This document shows, piece after piece, positions 1 through 11,268 of a stretch of 64,000 nucleotides of DNA (the stretch's first letter is position 1; each line of letters begins with the position of its first letter). The stretch is from Mobula hypostoma (Eukaryota). Where the stretch lies: the NCBI RefSeq assembly GCF_963921235.1, contig NC_086097.1, positions 153,266,001 through 153,330,000 of the forward strand, in the 5' to 3' direction. The notes under the pieces are model-generated. The model was not told where the DNA came from. It made no database searches and worked only from the letters and a program-made list of their open reading frames with translations. The translations under genes and the position numbers were made by a program.

Positions 1-305
1 AACCCACTTTCTCTGCGGGTACAACAATGCTCATTCAGTGTCCAGATCAAGTGTCCTGAGGTCTGTATCATCTGACCTCCCATTTATTTCACCAGGCTGA
101 GCATCACCTGTCACTTAAAGAGTCCCTCCTTTCTTTGTCTGCAAAGGAATGCAAGCAGGCAACCTGTCCTTGAAGAAATATCGATAACCAGCCTTTGGTC
201 ACCATAGCAACCTTCCAGCTGCTCAGTGCTGTCTCCAACTCCAAACTCAGTAAAAATCCAAAGTTACTTCCAATGCCTTAAAGTGACAGTCCAACCATTA
301 TTCTT

Positions 306-341
<36 letters not shown>

Positions 342-458
342 CCAAAAGCAACATATCGGTGGTAAATAACTCTGTCTCGCTCTCCTTTCTAAACAAACCA
401 TCAATGATAAATGTCTCTCTCCAAACAGTTAATTGGGGTACTCCTGGATCTCCTCACA
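1..458 (-). mobile_element. Probable LTR fragment, truncated by the window edge
   Basis: The minus strand starts TGTGAGGAGATCCAGG (TG start) and the stretch is non-coding, with an internal (CT)n tract. There is no partner LTR in the window. Confidence 0.3.
308..336. repeat. (TC)n microsatellite
   Basis: Directly visible perfect TC tract. Confidence 0.95.
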
Positions 459-559
459 TTATCAACCTACATCCTCACTCCTGGCATTGGAAAGCAGCTC
501 AATAATTAAGTATTTGAAAATGTTCGGCCTCGAACAACCACAATTAACATAATTGTGTG

Positions 560-970
560 GTACATAAATCTAACTGTTGATGTGTTTTGGCTTTGAGGAT
601 TTCTTGGTGCTACATTCAGTTAAATGTTCCCTTGATGGTAAAGACTGCCATTCTGAGTTCACCTCTAGACTTCATTCCTTTTATCCATGTCCAGGCCAAG
701 GATGATCGATCTGAGTGGTCCCAGTGAAACCCAAAGTATCAAGAGCAAGTTTTTGATGATTAAGTGATCAAATGCACCGTCAGCAACAACTTCTATCACT
801 TTGTTGAAGATTAAGAGTAGACTGATTAGGTTTAATTAGACAGTTTTGATTTTCCTTTTTTTGTGTGGTCAGAATGTTCTTGAGCAATTAATGAGAAGGA
901 CAACTTTTATTGTCTATTCCAATGGGTAGATGCCAGAGTTATAACTGTACAGGAACAGCTTGGATGGAGT
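560..970 (-). mobile_element. Old, degraded CR1-group LINE RT fragment
   Basis: The reverse strand shows remnants of the LFQYSYN.GIYP and NP.NY.PISLLSI.NKV motifs. It is the same type of RT as 25164-25829. Confidence 0.6.
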
Positions 971-2059
971 TCTTGAAGTCTCCTCCATTCTGTACTTCTT
1001 TAATTTCCCCTTACATTGAATATTGGATGCAGCAGAGTAGTGGGATTTTGACCCCTTGATTGTTGGATTTCTTCAATCCATCATTTATGTGTTGCTTTTG
1101 ATCTTCAACATGCCTGCTGTCCTGTCTTTCAATTTTGTTAATTTTGCACCTTCATTTTTAAGTACATTTAGTGTTGCTCCTGGCATGTTGCTCAACTGTC
1201 CTTCTTGAGTTTGCAGCATAAAGGATTTGAATAGGAAAGTACTGTGGATTGTGTCCACATGCCCTTAATCTCCCTTTTTTGATTCTTTTTGCCACTTTCC
1301 TAAAATAAGAGGTAAATTTCAGTGGATTCTTAACCTGCCAACATGCATTTGGAAAGTAGGAAAAGGAAATTAGGACTCAAAATAGAAGCCCAGGCAGTTA
1401 TGGGAAGGACATGTAACATGTAAACATGACACAGACAGTCACTGAGGTCAGGGTAAATTTCAAGACCCTGAAGTTGTGTGGCAGCAGCAACTGCTTTGTC
1501 ACTGTACCACTTTCTCCCTGAAATTAAGGAAAGCTCCAAGTTACCTCCAAGCCAGCAATAAACACAGCCTTGAAAATGAATAAAGAAATAAAAGAGCATT
1601 CACCTTCTATTGACTGATTATTGCTTCTGGCTACCTACTTTAAATGATGTATTCTATCTTATTTCCTTCATATTTTCTTCCTTACAACAAAAAAAAATGT
1701 AAATACCAGAAATTAAGTTGGAAGCTGCCAATCTGCCTTTGGAGAACAGTTTTGTTCTGTTTTTAGGCAATTATTAATTAGGTGCATGAGTAGACCCTCA
1801 AGTCTGGTCTGGCAGATATAAATATAATTTCAACTCCACATTCTTATGTCCGCATAGTAAACATTCATCCCCTTGCTAATTAAGAATTAGCAATCAGGAG
1901 TTCTGCTTAAAAGCAATTTGAAGTTCTGCTTACTCTGCCCAAAGAGTCCCATAAACTGGAGACTCTTTCTTAATTGGGTGATCTTTACTTCTAAATTGTG
2001 ACCTCCTAGTTCTACCCAGTGTCCAGATTCCCTTAATACCTAAAGAAATTCCAATATTA

Positions 2060-2360
2060 CATCTAAGAACTGGGAAGACATTGCAGGCAAGAGATACATG
2101 CAGAGGAAATCTGTTCGATAGGGAGTTGCAGTACCTGAGAGCGACCTCCGCTGTGCCATGGAGAACAAGCGGTAAATATGTAAAGAGAGTTTAAACAACC
2201 AAAAGCCCCAACCACTAACCACAGCCACCATTTACTCTTGCCCACACTGCAACAGCGTATGTGAATCTTGGATCGGCCTCTACAGTAACCTGAGGACACA
2301 CCTATAGACAACTCCATAGTAGAACATTGTACTCGACTGGAATGGTCGCATTACTACATT
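2060..2360 (+). mobile_element. RTE-clade LINE 3' fragment
   Basis: Encodes a C-terminal C2H2-like remnant, YSCPHCNSVCESWIGLYSNLRTH, typical of RTE/BovB-like ORF ends. Confidence 0.7.
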
Positions 2361-2916
2361 CGCCCACAGACAGAAGCATCCTCTCCACCTCCAAAGGATC
2401 CCCTTGTTCCCTTTTTGTTCTCTTCTAAATCACAGATAATGTCTTTCCCTTGCCTTTCCTACATAAATCAAAACATTCCTTCCAGGAATTAGTCCTATAG
2501 ATCTTTGCTTAACTTTTGATTACTGTACTTGCTTCTCACTCACCAAGGCTCTGGTTTCCACATTCCCCTTCAATGCACAAAGAGCCATTTTCTTGAAATC
2601 GACCGACCAGTGTCTTGCTTACTCCACTTCATCTAAGCTTATTGCCTTCACATGAAAATTTATCATCATACTGTATAAAAAAAATAAAAATGTGGGTTAA
2701 AATATGCAGGAGGTTTAATAGAAAAACATCCAATAATTTAGAAGGTCTGCTAATCTGACACCATCAAGATCTGAAGCCGAACAGATAATCAGAGTTTTAC
2801 TGTACAGATTTTAGAAAATTCAAGTCAAATTGTATCTTCCCTGACTTCCTTAAGAATCTTTAAACCCAGCAGATGTGCTATTGTCAATTTTTGTGTAACT
2901 TCTGTGATTTTGTGTT

Positions 2917-3148
2917 GGGCACATGGCCAAGTGGTTAGGGCATTCGTCTAGTTACCTCAAGGTCGCTAGTTCGAGGCTCAGCTGTGGCAGCGTGTTTCAA
3001 CTCTTGAGCAAGGCACTTAATCACACATTGCTCTAGTCTGTGCGAGGAGTGGCACCCCACATAGACTTTTAATCTGCGCTTTGTAAGGCATGAAAATGCC
3101 CCATGCAGGCCTCTCATGGTCTGTGTTGACATTCCCTCCCTCCCTCCT
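2917..3148 (+). mobile_element. tRNA-derived SINE
   Basis: Pol III A box TGGCCAAGTGG and B box GTTCGAGGC, followed by a CTTGAGCAAGGCACTTAA core and a (CCCT)n tail. Confidence 0.8.
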
Positions 3149-4179
3149 TCACAGAACAATAAAATTTCATATTCAGTTGCACCCCGTTCCTGTGACACAG
3201 CCTTAATATACAAATTTGAACATTAACCCTAGGTATTTAACTAATTTCTCTGCAACTTCCTCACTATTAATTGTCTACTTTATTATGGAGTAGCTTCAGA
3301 ATTGCCTTATCTGTCTCATTACTGATGTACTCATGGAAAATCTTTTGCACAGTTCGGTACATTTTTCCACACACTCCATTTTAAAAGCTCCTCTTCCATA
3401 GCTTCTCAAAATCATCTTATTGTGAGCTTCATATTCTCAGTGCTGGCAGAAAGAAGATAAAAACTCGCATAGCATACCTCAGCACCAGCAGGAAAGTGAG
3501 TGGATTATAAGGAGCATCACCCTGCTGATGAACATGGGTGATCTGCTGATGCCCAACATTTCTCTGAACATGGTAAGCTCAAGCTTTTCATGGGTTGTGT
3601 CCTTGTGATGAAGGGAAGCAGTAATCTACTCAAGAGTGGTATTTGTCAACTCAATGAGAATGTCAAGCTGTCTCCTTTAGAGCATCAAGTTGCTCTTGTG
3701 TAACAGAGACACGACGTCCACCATGATCAGGCTGAGACTGCAGAGAAATAGAAACACGTTGAGTTGCCTCCATCTGTGCCTTCACTGCAGCAGGATTTGA
3801 TATGTGACAAGATTGTCACTGAGGCCTTCAAAGAATCGTGGAGGTTGTTGTCTCCAGACTCTACACAAGCTTTTATGACAGTGTGGGATGGGGAGGTGGG
3901 GGGTCTGGGTGGGGATGGACTCTTTCAAGCTGCATGCCATCTTTTACATTTAGCTAGACAGGTCAGAAAATACACCGACAATCTCTTTTTGTATCCACAT
4001 AACTTTGTCAAGAAAGCATCCCAAATGTGCTTGAGGTTAATAAATTTACTACTGCATATTGTTTCTAGTGTTCTGGTAGTAAAACAAGAGTGATTTGATG
4101 GGAATGTAGGGTGAAATTTAAAAAAATAGGATTAATGTAGGGCTAATAAAAATGGGTGATTAATGTTTGGCATGAAATT

Positions 4180-6490
4180 ATAGAGTTATACAGCACTGGA
4201 GCTAACCATTTGGCCTATTGTATTCATGCTTACTTTTTCTTCCATCTGCACTAATCCCATTTTCCTGCATTACACATGTATCCTTGTAATCCTTGCCTAT
4301 CAATGTACTTGTCTAAATGTCTCTTAAAAGTTGTATCTAATTCCACCTGCTCCTTTGGCAGCATGTTCACATTATCAACACTTGCTGTGAAAATCTTTCA
4401 TTTCAAATTCCCATTACCACTTCTTTTTCTCAGTTTAAACTTATCCTCTCTTGTTTTTAATACCTTTACTATGGGGAAATGATTCTGATAATCTACTCTA
4501 TCCATGTCACTCATTATTTCATATTCCTCTATCAAGTCATGCCTCAGACTATTTAGTTCCATCGAAAGCAAATCTAGCACATCCATTCTCTACCCATATC
4601 AAAATTGCTCCTATCCAGACAACATCCTGGCTGAACCTCCCTAGCACTCTCTCCGGCAAAACCACCTCTTTTCTGCAGTATGGAGACCAGTAAGTGCAGT
4701 ACACCTAGTACTTTGAAAAGTTGCAACATTAGGTCCCAGTTCTTATTCTCAATGCACTGACCTATGAAGCCTTCCTTTTTCAGTTTCAGTTTTTCTCTGA
4801 AATGTTACCAATCTCAGAGAACTGTAGACTTGAACTGAAAGACTTCTCTGTTCGTTAATGTTCTTTGGTACCCAACCACTTGCTGTACACATTCTACCTC
4901 TTATTTGACTTCTAAAAATATGTCGTCTCATAATTGTCGGAAGTAAATTCCACCTCCCAACAATGTCCAACTTCCCATCTTATCTATATTCTGCTGTAGT
5001 TTTAGACATCTTTTTTAGCCTTTCACAATACTATGAACACTTGTATTGTCCATATACTCCTCCTAGGTTCACATCCAAGTCATTAATATCTATCACATAC
5101 AACAAGGCTCTCAGCACCGATCCATGCAGCACACACTGGTCACAGACTTCCAATCAGAAGATCATCCCCTTTCACCACTTTCTAGCACCAAGCCAATTTT
5201 GGATCCAATTAACAAGCTCACTTTGGATCACATGTGCTCTCATCTTCCAAAATCTCCTACCAGGTTTAACCTGTCAAATGCCTCACTAAGGTCCACAAAG
5301 ACATCTTTCACTTCCCTAACTGTGGGATTGAGTTTAGGAGCTGAGAGGTAATGTTGCAGCTATATAGGACCCTGGCCAGACCCTACTTGGAGTACTGTGC
5401 TCAGTTCATGTTGTCTCACTACAGGAAGGACATGGAAACCATTCAAAGAGTGCAGAGGAGGTTTACAAGGATGTTGCCTGGATTGGGGAGCATGCCTTAT
5501 GAGAAAAGGTTGAGTGAACTCGGCCTTTTTCCCTTGGAGCGGCGGAGGATGAGAGGTGCCCTGATAGAGGTGTATAAGATGATAAGAGGCATTGAGTGTG
5601 TAGATAGTCAGAGACTTTTTCCCAGGGCTGGAATGGCTTGTGTGAGAGGGCAGTTTTAAGGGGCTTGGAAGTAGGTACAGAGGAGATGTCAGGGGTAAGT
5701 TTTTTACGCAGAGCGTGGTGAGTGCGTGGAATGGGCTACCGGCGACAGTGGTGGAGACAGATATGATAGCGTCTTTTAAGAGACTCCTGGACAGGTACAT
5801 CAATCTCAGAAAAATAGAGGACTAGGGTAACCCAAGGTAATTTCTAAGGTAAGAACATGTTCAGCACAGCTTTGTGGGCCGAAGGGCCTGTATTGTGCTG
5901 TAGGCTTTTTATGTTTCTATGTTTCCATTAATCTTCTTAATTAGCTCCTCAATAAAAAAAACAATAAGATTAATGAGGCAGGATTTCCACTGCTCGAAGC
6001 CATGCTGACTATCCCTGATCAGTATTTTCAAATGCACATAAGTCTCATCCATTATGATTTTCTACAATAACTTCCCTACCACTGAAGGGCTTGTTGTTAC
6101 TTGACTTATTCCTGCTGCCTTGTTAACTAAAGGAACAACATTAACTATCCTCTGAGACATCACCTGTGGTCAATGAAGATGAACTAATCTCCATCAGTGT
6201 CCCAGCCATCTTTTCCTTTGCCTCCCATAGCAACCTGGGATTTATCAACCTAATCCTAGGGATTTGTCAACTCTTCTATGTCCAATGACATTAATATCTC
6301 TTCAGTTTTAGTACTGACCTGATCCAGATTATCAATATACAACTCCTTGAACTCCTTGTTGTCTTGGTGAATGTCGATCAGAGTATTCATTTAAGACCTC
6401 ATCTACTTCAGCTGGTTCTGTTCATGGATGACCCCTTTGCACCCCATGAAGACCTAGTCTTTCCTTGGCTACCCTCTTGCTCCTGATATA
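4180..6490 (-). mobile_element. Old CR1 LINE (3' UTR plus RT region), interrupted by a younger CR1
   Basis: Minus-strand ORF remnant LRHDLIEEYEIMSDMDRVDYQNHFP. The CR1 sequence resumes after about 5926. Confidence 0.8.
5321..5926 (+). mobile_element. 5'-truncated CR1 LINE
   Basis: ORF 5351-5659 reads LYRTLARPYLEYC...QRRFTRMLPGL...LERRRMRG, and the element ends in a TATGTTTC-type tail. Confidence 0.92.
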
Positions 6491-6632
6491 GAAAATGTAG
6501 GGCTGAAAAGTCTGTTTCACTGTTCCATCTCTCTTTGAATGAATGGCTTTAACCTACAATGTGAGCAGTAGGAATAGATCTGTTATGCGTCATGTGAGGT
6601 TACAGCCAGTAGTGTCTGACATAACTCTCTTT

Positions 6633-7146
6633 AACATAGAACATAGAAAATAGAATAGTACAGCACAGTACAGGCTCTTCAGCCCACAATGTTGTGCTGA
6701 CCCTCAAACCCTGCCTCCCATATAAGCCCCACCTTAAATTCCTCCATATTCCTGTCTAGTAGTCTCTTAAACTTCACTAGTGTATCTGCCTCCACCACTG
6801 ACTCAGGCAGTGCATTCCACGCACCAACCACTCTCTGAGTAAAAAACCTTCCTCTAATATCCCCCTTGAACTTCCCACCCCTTACCTTAAAGCCAAGTCC
6901 TCTTGTATTGAGCAGTGGTGCTCTGGGGAAGAGGCACTGGCTGTCCACTCTATCTATTCCTCTTAATAACTTGTATACCTCTATCATGTCTCCTCTCATC
7001 CTCCTTCTCTCCAAAGAGTAAAGTCCTAGCTCCCTTAATCTCTGATCATAATGCATACTCTCTAAACCAGGCAGCATCCTGGTAAATCTCCTCTGTATCC
7101 TTTCCAATGCTTCCACATCCTTCCTATAGTGAGGCGACCAGAACTT
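6633..7146 (-). mobile_element. 5'-truncated CR1 LINE
   Basis: ORF 6679-7221 reads FWSPHYRKDVEALERIQRRFTRMLPGL...FFTQRVVGAWNALP. The tail shows as ACATAGA repeats on the plus strand. Confidence 0.93.
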
Positions 7147-7404
7147 TGACATGGATAACTCATCTTTTCTGGTGCCTGATTTAGAGATGGTGTCAGGGGA
7201 TGCCAGGCACAAGAACAACAATGTACTTTGGTCACTGTTGTAATCCCACTCTTTCTGTTCTCATTTCATTCTCCCCTCCAGCTCCTACATCTCCTCCAGG
7301 CCTCCTAGATTTGTGTCATGTCGCTCTGGTGAGAAGGAAGCATGAGATCTCCCTTTACAACCTGCAAAGACAAAATATAATTGAGCTGCAGTTGTACGCC
7401 ATTT

Positions 7405-8187
7405 ATAAATTCAACAATGCCACAACTGCTATCAGCAGAATCACAAATGGTGGTGAGAAGGTGTACAGGAGTGAGGTAGTTGGCTGGTTGAGTGGTGGCA
7501 GAACAACTTTGCACTCAGTGCCAGTAAGACCAAGGAATTAATAGTGGGATTCAGGAAGGGTCAGTCACGGGAAAACACACTAGTCATTGAGAGGATAGCA
7601 GTGGAAAGGGTGAGCATTTTCAAGTTCCTGGTTCTCAACATCTCAGAATATCTATTCTGGGACCGAAATACAATTTTGAAGAAGGTGTAATATCATCAGG
7701 AGTTGGAAGTGATTTACTACATCACTAAAGTTTCTAGCAGATGAAATATGGAGAACATTCTAACTGGTTGCATTACAGTCTAGTATGGAGGGGCCTGTAT
7801 ACAGGATCAGGCAAAAAGCTACAAAGAAGTGTAAACTAGCCAGCTCTGTCATGGGCATCTTCAGAAAGTGATGTCTCAAAATGGTGGCATCCATCGTCAA
7901 ATACATGCCCTCTTTTCTTTAGTACCATCAGGGAGGAAATACAGGACCCCACTGACTCACACTTAACGTTTTAAAAACAGCTTCTTCCCCTCCAGATTCT
8001 GATGTCTGAATGGTCAATGAACCCATGAACACTACCTATCCTTCGATCTCTTTTTGCGCTACTTAATTAATATTTCAATATATATAAATTTTGTACTTTA
8101 TCGTATATTTTATGTATTGCATTGTACTGCTGCCAGAAAACAACAAATTTAACGACATATGTCAGTGATAATAAACCTGATTGTGAA
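7405..8187 (+). mobile_element. Degraded Rex1/Babar-type LINE, 3' part
   Basis: Remnant KF..ATT.ISRITNG.E.VYRSEV...SKTKELIV, and a 3' end GATAATAAACCTGATT. Confidence 0.75.
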
Positions 8188-8521
8188 GCCATGCATAAAA
8201 CACTTTTATGGGATGCCAATTTGTGTGGTAATGAGGATACTTACTGCAGGACAAGTTAGATGTCTGTAGTTATTATAATGAAACATTGATAATGAATGTA
8301 ATTGACAGACATAGTACAGCCTCTCATTGAGATCTGGTTTGGACTTCTGTGGTCCTGCTGTCCAGGAGAAGAAGGATGATCATTTCTTCTAGCCTTGTGT
8401 GCCACGTTTCGAGTGCTCTGATCCTTTCTGAATGATCCCCCTCCTATTTCATTTTTTTTAGTCTAAATAAAGTGGATGAACAACATTCAGAAAGCTACTT
8501 TCATTATTACATATTTGTAGG

Positions 8522-8810
8522 TATAAACCCCTTTTTACTGGACATCGCTAGAAACACGGCTTTGTTAGTCCCTCGCTAACAACCACCGAACGCAGCAATG
8601 AGAAAACCATCTTTCTTGAACTCCGTGCATCTAGGGTCCCATCAGACTGTGAGGTTAGGATGTTTCGACCACCCCAACCCCAATCTGAATGTTTACTCTG
8701 TAAATACTGCCCAAATGCAATTGTCTGTCAACAAGAAATGACAGATCGTACACTGCATGCAATAATAAAGAAGGTGTATTTATGATTACCAACTTTAATC
8801 AAACAGTTCA
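8522..8810 (-). repeat. Truncated 3' LTR of the minus-strand Gypsy element
   Basis: Aligns by eye with 14378-14650 (shared GGATGTTTCGACCACCC and AAGGTGTATTTA). Confidence 0.75.
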
Positions 8811-9490
8811 GTTCAAACAGAGGTTCAGGAATCTCTTCATCAATTTTTGGGGAGGTTGCATAAGGTTACGTATACCACACCCTCATTTCCTCGTTCTCTG
8901 AGTCCATAGAGCATTCGGTGGTTAGGTCTCATTCTGGTCTCTCCACTGATGGCACTTCTGTTCTCTACCTTCAGCACAGAGTCCTCCTACTATCTGTAGG
9001 ATCCACCTCAGACTCTGGGTCAACACGTACCTCCTGCCTTCAAGGTAAAAGGTGATTCCGAAAGTTAATTTTGACCAACCTATTCCCATCTTCTGACTTC
9101 ACCCAGAAAACTGGCCCGTTTGGCATTTGACTCTTTACTATGTGAGGTGTAGACACCCAGCAGTCAGCCAGCTTATGCTTCCCTGATTGCCCCAAGTTCC
9201 TTATTAAAACTCTGTTTCCAGGCATCCACTGGAAGAACCTCATCTTCTGATAATATCTCCTCTTTTGTCCTTGATTCTGCTTGGTAACAGAGACCTCTGC
9301 TAGCTCATAAGCCTTTTGCAGTTCCTTCCTCATGTCAGACACATACTTAATATAGGTGTTCTGTGGCAACTCTTCTCCGCCAGTCCCAAAACAGCGATCA
9401 GCAGGCAATCTCGTTTTGCACCTGGACATTAAGTAGTATGATGAGTATCCAGTATCTTCCTTCTGTGTACAGATGTAGCAGTGGACCAAA

Positions 9491-10515
9491 TAGAAACATA
9501 GAAACATAGCAATCTGCAGAACATTACAGGCCCTGTGGACCACAATGTTGTGCTGACCTACTCTAAAAGCTACCTAGAATTTCCCTACCTCATAGTCCTC
9601 TATTTTTCTGAGCTCCATGTGCCTATCTAAGAGTCTCTTAAAAGACCCTATTGTATCCACCTTTACCACCGATGCTGGCAGTGCATTCTACACTCCAAGC
9701 CACTCTCTGTGTAAAAAACTTACCTCTGATGTCCCCTTTGTACCTACTTCCAAGCACCTTACTCATTTCAGCCCTTGGAAAAAGCCTCTGACTATCCACA
9801 TGATCAATGCCCCTCATCATCTTATACACCTCTATCAGGTCACCTCTCATCCTCCATCACTCTAAGGAGAAAAGGCCAAGTTCACTCAACCTATTCTCAT
9901 AAGGCATGCTCTCCAATCCAGGCAACATCCTTATAAATCTCTGCTTTCTCCCGATAGTATCCACATCTTTCCTGTAGTGAGGTGACCAGAACTGAATGCA
10001 GTACTCCAAGTGGGGTCTGACCAAGATCTTACATAGACGTATCATTACCTCACGGCTCTTGAACTCAATCCTATGGCTGATGAAGGCCAACACATCATAT
10101 GTCTTCTTAAAAACACCATCAACCTGTGCAGCAGCTTTGAGTGTCCTATGGACATAGATCCTCCACACTGCCAAGAGTCTTACCATTAATAGTATATTCT
10201 GTCTTTAGATTTGACCTACCAAAGTGAACCACTTCACACTTATCTGGGTTGAACTCTATCTGCCACTTCTCAGCCCAGTTCTGCATCCTATCGATGTCAT
10301 GCTGTAACCTCTGACAACCCTCAAGACTATCCACAACACCCCCTACTTTTGTGTCATCAGCAAACTTACTAACCCACCCTTCTACTTCCTCATCCAGGTC
10401 ATTTATAAAAATCACAAAAGGGAGGGCTCCTAGAACAGATCCCTGTGGAACACCACTGGTCACCGTCCTCTATGCAGAATGCGAACCATCTACAACCACC
10501 CTTTGCCTTCTGTGG
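9491..10515 (-). mobile_element. CR1 LINE nested in the Gypsy integrase
   Basis: ORFs include VTSGVPQGSVLG...FADDTK and RPHLEYCIQFWSPHYRKD, with a TAGAAACA tail. The integrase reads QHIDH|LVHCY across the insert. Confidence 0.93.
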
Positions 10516-10817
10516 TCAATATGCTGATTCCATTTCTTCTTCTTGCTGATACCCAGGGTTCCGTCTAGCACTCTCTGGTTGAACTTCTCAGGCTGGGAAC
10601 ACCCTGAGGGTGATAGGGTGTGGTCCTTGACTTCTTGATTCCAAGCATGCCCAGTAACTCATGTATGAGCCGACTCTCAAAATCACTTCCTGATCGCTGT
10701 GCATCCATCCTGGGAGGTGATAACGAACAAAAATCTTTTCCTATAATGCTTTGGCCATGGAGGCCACCCTCTGATCCTTTGCAGGGAAGGCTTGAGCATA
10801 TCTGGTGTGGGGATCAG

Positions 10818-11268
10818 AAATAATAATAATTACTATTTTTTTTATTGATCACATGTGCAAAATTCTTTCATTACAACAGCATTATTAAAAACACACTTAG
10901 CAGTATGCAGACTGAACTAATAATAAAGTACAGAATAATAATTTACCAATGCGCAAAAATGTGCGACAATATGTACAAAATAATAAAACAGAGACTATTT
11001 TACTATTAAGTGTGTTCTTCTGTCACACAGAGATGAACTATTGTATATGCTTATTGCATTTGGTAGGAAATATTTTCTGTAATGATCCTTGTGACAACGG
11101 AGCTGAATGAGCCTGTTTGAAAGGCTGCTCCACTGCTTATTAAGTAGGTCATGGAGAGGATGTGCCAGATTGTCCATAATGGATAACAGTCAGTCTTGCG
11201 ACCTCCTCTGCACCACTAGCTCAAAAGAGTTCGGGTAGTAGCCAAGGACGGTTCCAGCCTTTTTTATG
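10818..11268 (-). mobile_element. Rex1/Babar LINE 3' fragment nested in the Gypsy pol
   Basis: Reads LIKKAGTVLG...MDNLAHPLH...YRKYFLPNAISIYN, with an (ATT)n tail. Confidence 0.85.

Noticed and set aside
305..505. ORF with SL repeats
   Set aside because: Translation of the (TC)n microsatellite.
2917..2990. Functional tRNA gene
   Set aside because: No clean cloverleaf, and it continues into a SINE core and tail.
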